A DNA stretch of 63,729 nucleotides, the filler included, from Lenisia limosa (Eukaryota; Protista; Breviatea): NCBI GenBank assembly GCA_001655205.1. It is 15 parts of 15 records of this genome, joined end to end, with 100 filler letters (N's around TTAATTAATTAA, not from the genome) between each part and the next. Parts side by side here need not be neighbours in the genome. Positions count along the whole stretch, not along the records: positions 61,778 to 63,729 come from LPNZ01008869.1; 14 more parts are not named here. One strand, written 5' to 3'. Both the position numbers and the translations under genes were made by a program. Positions 61,790 to 63,729 of the stretch are shown here, piece by piece. How positions within the stretch are numbered: the stretch's first letter is position 1; each line of letters starts with the position of its first letter. Under the pieces are notes generated by a model. That model was not told the origin of the DNA. It ran no database searches and saw only the letters and a list, made by a program, of their open reading frames with translations.

Positions 61790-63352
61790 CGACTGGGCCA
61801 ATAGAGTTGCCTCCTCCTCAGTCACGTCCATTTCAGAGAATTCGTAGAGAATGTGCGAACGGGAGACAGCGTTCATACTCTGAAAGATTAGACTTTATTT
61901 GAATAATAATAGACTTGATTGGAATAATATTAGACTTTCTTGGAAAAATACTAGACTTTAAGATTTCTAATTAGGGCTTCACTTCGAAAAGGACCGGTAA
62001 AATATCGATAGTTTTCGATGATTTATCGATAAATTTATTTTGTTTCGAGCTGAAGTGAAGCTTTATTTCTAATGTAGCTATATATTATTTCTTTCAAAAC
62101 AATATATTGAAAAAATATGAATTTCCAAAAGTCTCAACACCCCATACCTCCCAATAGGAGTCATAAAAAGCCTTCTGGCCAAACTGCACAAATGCTTGAC
62201 TAAAAGGGTAAGTATAAATGTTGATACACTCGTTGGGATTCTCTACGGTCCGAAAAAGACCGGAAATACCGATATTATCGAGGATATTATCGAGAAATTA
62301 AGTCTTTTTTGGGACAACAAGGGTGCCCTATTAACAGTCGAGATGAACTATCGTACAATCTCCGTTCTAAATTTTGGCACGAAAGTCGATCATATGATCA
62401 TATTACTATGGGCTGACATATCATAGGAATAAATATCAGAGATAACGATCCAAAAAGGGACACGATCCATCCGAAGCCCTCACAAATTCCATCTATTGTC
62501 AAACCGAAGTGTTCACATAGCCCTCAAAACCTGTTGAAAACCAGCTCGTCTATTTGTATGTTCAGGGTTTTGGACAAATCAATCACCTGGAGGGAGGAGG
62601 GTAAAATTGGAAAATNNNNNNNNNNNNNNNNNNNNNNNNNNNNNNNNNNNNNNNNNNNNNNNNNNNNNNNNNNNNNNNNNNNNNNNNNNNNNNNNNNNNN
62701 NNNNNNNNNNNNNNNNNNNNNNNNNNNNNNNNNNNNNNNNNNNNNNAAAGGGTTGTGCAAGCATTTTATTGAAGAAAAACGTCACACAGTGGTATTAACA
62801 TTTCGTAAAATAAAGAAATAAAGCGTACTTGGAGTTTCGTAAGGAAAAGGTCGTGTAGTTCATCCTCCTGTGAAACTTCGTCGTAAGCAAGGTACACGGC
62901 AAAGCCCATGAAGATCAGGGAAATAACGACGATTAGATCAAGGAAAATCATCCGCACGCCCTTCAGACGGTCTGGAGAGTAAGAATGCTGAACAATAATA
63001 TAAAAGAGTGATGGAAAATAAAACAGGGTTGTATCTCACCAAAGCCGTCTCATATTATGTAATATATACATACTCTATGATATACTATATGATAAATTTC
63101 ATATATTGTATGCATACACTAACGGGATGTCTTGACCAATTTTCTTTGGGAAACCTTATAGCAAATCGGTCAAGATTTAGTAAAGTCAAGACTTATCCTG
63201 GTTACTATATAACATACGTGTATAATACCGGTAAAATATCGATAGTTTCGAGGACTAATCGCGCTAGTTATTCCCTCCCCCCCACTTTTGGCAATTTCAT
63301 TGATGGAAGTGTGTGTGGTATTGGAGCGCGCGACTGCTACCTGGTTCCTGTG
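61790..63352 (-). CDS. Membrane protein fragment (TM helix followed by a soluble domain)
   Basis: RLKGVRMIFLDLIVVISLIFMGFAVYLAY|VIDLSKTLNIQIDELVFN; exon phases are consistent. Confidence 0.5.
61972..62065. mobile_element. Family A hAT-type MITE
   Basis: Perfect 8-bp TSD tttctaat. Confidence 0.88.
62587..62615 (-). repeat. Family B 3' end at a splice acceptor
   Basis: Minus strand: attttccaattttaccctcctccctcCAG|GTGATT. Confidence 0.75.
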
Positions 63353-63603
63353 GAGTGTTAGCAGATATGAAAGGGGGTAGTAGTCAGGCTTCACTTCGGT
63401 TCGAAAAAAGACTGAATTTCTCGATAAATCCACGAAAACTATCGATNNNNNNNNNNNNNNNNNNNNNNNNNNNNNNNNNNNNNNNNNNNNNNNNNNNNNN
63501 NNNNNNNNNNNNNNNNNNNNNNNNNNNNNNNNNNNNNNNNNNNNNNNNNNNNNNNNNNNNNNNNNNNNNNNNNNNNNNNNNNNNNNNNNNNNNNNNNNNN
63601 NNN

Positions 63604-63729
63604 TAAAATTGGAAAAGTTATGAAACAAAAAATAAAAGCCCAAAATCAACTCTGTAGGCTGACAACACACGAGGATTGATAACAACAAAACAACTAAAGC
63701 CCAGGTCAGTCGCTTCTGCAGCGCCGCAT
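63604..63729 (-). repeat. Family B copy, sense to the minus-strand host, 3' end in gap
   Basis: Reverse complement of the consensus. Confidence 0.9.

Overview
Intron-rich eukaryotic DNA, not one contiguous locus. About 15 draft-assembly pieces are joined by 14 artificial N44-TTAATTAATTAA-N44 spacers, with further internal N gaps that often abut G/C homopolymers. By splicing exons by eye I recognise MSH3, an ankyrin-repeat protein, a LicD/fukutin-family protein, dynein light chain LC8, a phosphinothricin-acetyltransferase-like GNAT, SEC22, ALG8, an EGF-repeat protein, an axonemal-type dynein heavy chain, an inositol 5-phosphatase, INTS3, two class III cyclase fragments, FKBP3, a Cid1/TUTase-like nucleotidyltransferase and NUP214. 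The introns carry several repeat families: a hAT-type MITE (A; 8-bp TSDs), a Tc1/mariner-type MITE (C; TA TSDs) and an unclassified ~50-bp repeat (D). The most notable signal is family B, a ~130-190-nt non-palindromic repeat that is almost always in the sense orientation of its host gene. In 10 copies it ends at the branch-point/3' splice-site region of introns in 8 unrelated genes. Many introns also start GTGGGG and end CCCC(AC)YAG, so their termini are near reverse complements. One ankyrin-gene intron contains an antisense copy of 60 bp of the upstream exon between perfect 41-bp inverted repeats. All gene calls come from motif recognition, without database searches, and exon boundaries near gaps are approximate.
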